A DNA stretch of 49,635 nt from a virus (taxonomy: Duplodnaviria > Caudoviricetes): positions 1-49,635 of the IMG/VR virus record IMGVR_UViG_3300025120_014607; one strand, written 5' to 3'. Positions 47,356 through 49,635 of the stretch are shown piece by piece (the stretch's first letter is position 1; each line of letters opens with the position of its first letter). The notes under the pieces were generated by a model, which was not told where the DNA came from, ran no database searches, and saw nothing but the letters and a program-made list of their open reading frames with translations. Position numbers and translations under genes: made by a program.

Positions 47356-47807
47356 TCAAGAGGATACTAGACCCTAAAGATTTCAAAAATCTTATGGATG
47401 ATATGGATGATCTATTTGCTTTCGAAAATGAAAAACAAGGTCACTTTTTAACTCACGACACAGAATATATCGTTAATGCTTTCGGAGATAAATCTATTTT
47501 GGCTTGGGATTTCTTTGTCTGGGCTAATTACAATGATGAAGGTGAATTCGACGCGATGATTGCATTCTTAAATAACAAGAACGAAAAATTTGGAAAAGAG
47601 ATATTTTCGGAATATCTTTGGCTTTCTAAAAATCCAAGAGTCGGTCAAAAACTTTTGGGCATCGCTATGAAGTTTGCTAGAGAAAAAGAATTTAAATATG
47701 TGATGATGAGTTGTGTAGAAGCTCATCCCAAATCTCGCAAAGTAGCTAAATTCTACGAAAAAATGGGATTTGTCAAAGATTCCGAAACATACATCGCTAA
47801 ATTATGA
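47352..47807 (+). CDS. GNAT-family acetyltransferase
   Basis: VGQKLL..A..FA and KFYEKMGF acetyl-CoA binding motifs. Confidence 0.8.
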   Translation: MIKRILDPKDFKNLMDDMDDLFAFENEKQGHFLTHDTEYIVNAFGDKSILAWDFFVWANYNDEGEFDAMIAFLNNKNEKFGKEIFSEYLWLSKNPRVGQKLLGIAMKFAREKEFKYVMMSCVEAHPKSRKVAKFYEKMGFVKDSETYIAKL

Positions 47808-48016
47808 ACCAAAGAGTCGCTAAAAAACTTAGAAAAATCAGTAATCCTGTTGACGCAGTTTCAAAAAGGGTATATCGTCGATTGAAGAAACAATATACCC
47901 AATTACCATATCATGCAAAAAGAGATTTCCTCGACCTCCTCGAAACCACATTCAACGAAATCGGAAAAGTCAGCGTGGACGCAGAACAAAGTGGGGTCGT
48001 TTTGGATAAAGAATAA
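47804..48016 (+). CDS. Small basic hypothetical protein
   Basis: ATGA-coupled to the GNAT gene; AKKLRK..YRRLKK.Y. Confidence 0.6.
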   Translation: MNQRVAKKLRKISNPVDAVSKRVYRRLKKQYTQLPYHAKRDFLDLLETTFNEIGKVSVDAEQSGVVLDKE

Positions 48017-48146
48017 GGACAATGGCAGACAATTCCTCTCGGGAGAAATAGTCATAGATGGGAAAAAAATCCCATGTCTAATCTTTAAAAACGATTACCA
48101 AGAGGGGAATACTCCCCATTTCCATATTTACTCTGTAGGAGAGTAA
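47913..48146 (+). CDS. Small DUF736-like beta protein
   Basis: VGSFW.K...GRQFLSGEI....IFKN.....PHFHIY. Confidence 0.65.
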   Translation: MQKEISSTSSKPHSTKSEKSAWTQNKVGSFWIKNKDNGRQFLSGEIVIDGKKIPCLIFKNDYQEGNTPHFHIYSVGE

Positions 48147-48152
48147 ATTTAA

Positions 48153-48569
48153 TTACACTGGAGCCTCTCCAGTCGGAGGTGGTGGAGGAGGAGTATCAGC
48201 CCAAGTTCTTAAAGCTGGAACGGCTGCAATAATAGCATCCATCGCTGCTTTGACTTCTGGGACTTCATCTACACACTGCCAAAAAGGTTTTCTACCGTTT
48301 ACTCGGCTAGGAACATTAATGTATTCGACTCCCTCATTATCGGCAGTTATGAGAACGTTTTCATTAGATCCGTCATAAGGCAGCATTTCGATATTAAGGC
48401 TTCCTCCATTTGGGTCTTCTGTAGAGGTGTTTGGTGCGTAAATATTAATACTACGAAGCCAAACAGAATCAAATGTTTCTTCTGGTCTGGCTGGGACTAC
48501 AAAAGGTTCATCTCTTGGGATGGGGTCTCCCACTACTAAATCTTCAATTGGTGTATCGTCAGTTGGCAT
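48153..48569 (-). CDS. Acidic Pro-rich hypothetical protein
   Basis: 138-aa ORF with AT-rich upstream gap. Confidence 0.7.
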   Translation of the reverse strand: MPTDDTPIEDLVVGDPIPRDEPFVVPARPEETFDSVWLRSINIYAPNTSTEDPNGGSLNIEMLPYDGSNENVLITADNEGVEYINVPSRVNGRKPFWQCVDEVPEVKAAMDAIIAAVPALRTWADTPPPPPPTGEAPV

Positions 48570-48608
48570 ATTAATAATATTGTTTAATTTTAATTTATCT
48601 ATTTTTTA

Positions 48609-49301
48609 TTACACTAAAAACGACTTTAAGTGACCTACTCGCATTTTTGGGGCCACTAAAGGTTTAATTTTTGTTTGTTCGTAGCAATTACGACAAAAAC
48701 TGACATCTTCGAAGCTAAGATCTTTGACATCAAGCATCTCTCCTTTTTTGGTGGGATGGTTGCATTTTTCGATAAAAGCGTCCCTTAAAGGGTAATAAGG
48801 GTATTTCATTTGTTCATAAATAGATCTATGGACTTTGGTGAATCCAAAGCCGCACCAATCTACTTGGACTAATTTATTTCCCTCTTCTTCTGCTGTTTTT
48901 GTAAGCCAATTCACTGAAGTGAAAGGCATATGCAGGTTCTTTCTAAAAAAATCTTCATCCCAGTTACCCACCATCGCATTGTCACTATAATCAGATCTAT
49001 ACCAGCCAGTAACAAATTTCTTATCTTCTGGGATGCTCATCATATATTCTATCTTTTCGATAGTAAATTCGACATCAGAGTCGATCCAGAATAACCATTC
49101 TGCATCTGGTGGCGAGGTATCTACAAATCCACCCCCTCCCGTAGCTAAATAATTACGAGCAAAGTTTAAAAATAAACCATTAGAAGTGAAAATTTGAGAA
49201 TTATTTTTCTCACACCAAGACTGTAATTCTAAATATTGAGGGAATAATTTACCTTGTATACCTCTATGATCAATTGGGACTAGAAAAACACAGTTTAACA
49301 T
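48609..49301 (-). CDS. GT-A (GT2-like) glycosyltransferase
   Basis: ARN, WLFWIDSD (DxD), GFGF, EDVSFC, VGHLK. Confidence 0.8.
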   Translation of the reverse strand: MLNCVFLVPIDHRGIQGKLFPQYLELQSWCEKNNSQIFTSNGLFLNFARNYLATGGGGFVDTSPPDAEWLFWIDSDVEFTIEKIEYMMSIPEDKKFVTGWYRSDYSDNAMVGNWDEDFFRKNLHMPFTSVNWLTKTAEEEGNKLVQVDWCGFGFTKVHRSIYEQMKYPYYPLRDAFIEKCNHPTKKGEMLDVKDLSFEDVSFCRNCYEQTKIKPLVAPKMRVGHLKSFLV

Positions 49302-49335
49302 GTATTATTATATAGATTTTAATAAAATTTAAAGT

Positions 49336-49545
49336 ATGAAAAAAATTGAATTAACCGAAGAAGAAATCCAAGTCACTATCCAACTCATCGATATCGCTAT
49401 TAAATCTGGCGGTCTTAATGTAGCAGAAGCTGGGTCTATCCTCGCTAAAAAACTAGGTTCTCATTTGCAACAGGAATCCCCTGAACAACCAAAAGGGTTG
49501 GCTGATGCGCCTACTGATTTTGAAGTTGTCGAAGACAAAGATTAA
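49336..49545 (+). CDS. Small hypothetical protein
   Basis: 69-aa ORF (LIDIAIKSGGL..A) divergent from the GT2 gene. Confidence 0.65.
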   Translation: MKKIELTEEEIQVTIQLIDIAIKSGGLNVAEAGSILAKKLGSHLQQESPEQPKGLADAPTDFEVVEDKD

Positions 49546-49634
49546 TTAGCGTATTCTGGATCTACAATTTCTGTCTCTAGTTTCCCTATGTCTTTACGTT
49601 CTCCGTAAATTACATAAAAGTAATTAAGAGGAAC
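49542..49634 (-). CDS. C-terminal end of a gene entering from the right edge, likely tail fibre/spike-related
   Basis: Minus frame reads VPLNYFYVIYGERKDIGKLETEIVDPEYAN*; the Y.IYGERKD..KL ending is typical of phage fibre proteins. Confidence 0.55.
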   Translation of the reverse strand, partial: VPLNYFYVIYGERKDIGKLETEIVDPEYAN

Positions 49635-49635
49635 G

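Noticed and set aside
48171-48192. GGA/GGT triplet run as a DNA repeat element
   Set aside because: It encodes the poly-proline tail of the minus-strand gene
1-49635. Stop-codon recoding as in some large phages
   Set aside because: Standard code gives full-length conserved proteins with near-complete coding density; TAA, TAG and TGA all end genes
1-49635. Bacterial chromosome or prophage origin
   Set aside because: Tail genes are interleaved with divergent replisome genes in non-bacterial order; no integrase, att site or host boundary visible

Overview
A ~50 kb, AT-rich, densely coding segment of a large tailed dsDNA bacteriophage using the standard genetic code. I saw no tRNA, rRNA, CRISPR array, integrase or transposase. 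Left to right: (1) a tail module with a 2249-aa tape measure protein, two tail-tube-like paralogs and a doubled lambda-gpM/Dit-like protein; (2) a minus-strand operon (sigma-70-type factor, SSB, GT4 glycosyltransferase, Hsp20) divergent from class I ribonucleotide reductase; (3) a ~12.4 kb glycan island with five glycosyltransferases, two methyltransferases, a Zn dehydrogenase, a compact fused ThDP E1 alpha/beta enzyme, ADP-heptose-pathway-like enzymes, GDP-mannose 3,5-epimerase and 4,6-dehydratase; (4) a bacterial-type replisome (RecA, DnaB, DnaG, PD-(D/E)XK nucleases, and Pol III split into PHP, epsilon-like exonuclease and DnaE core); (5) a ClpA/C-type ATPase, a probable pseudokinase, a Whirly-like protein, a GT4 fusion carrying half of a split GT9, a Rad52-like protein and a GNAT. 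Regulation shows sigma70 promoters with a consistent 16-bp spacer, several apparently leaderless, plus a recurring GTGTAA motif before operon starts. All family calls come from motifs recognised by eye; no database searches were run.
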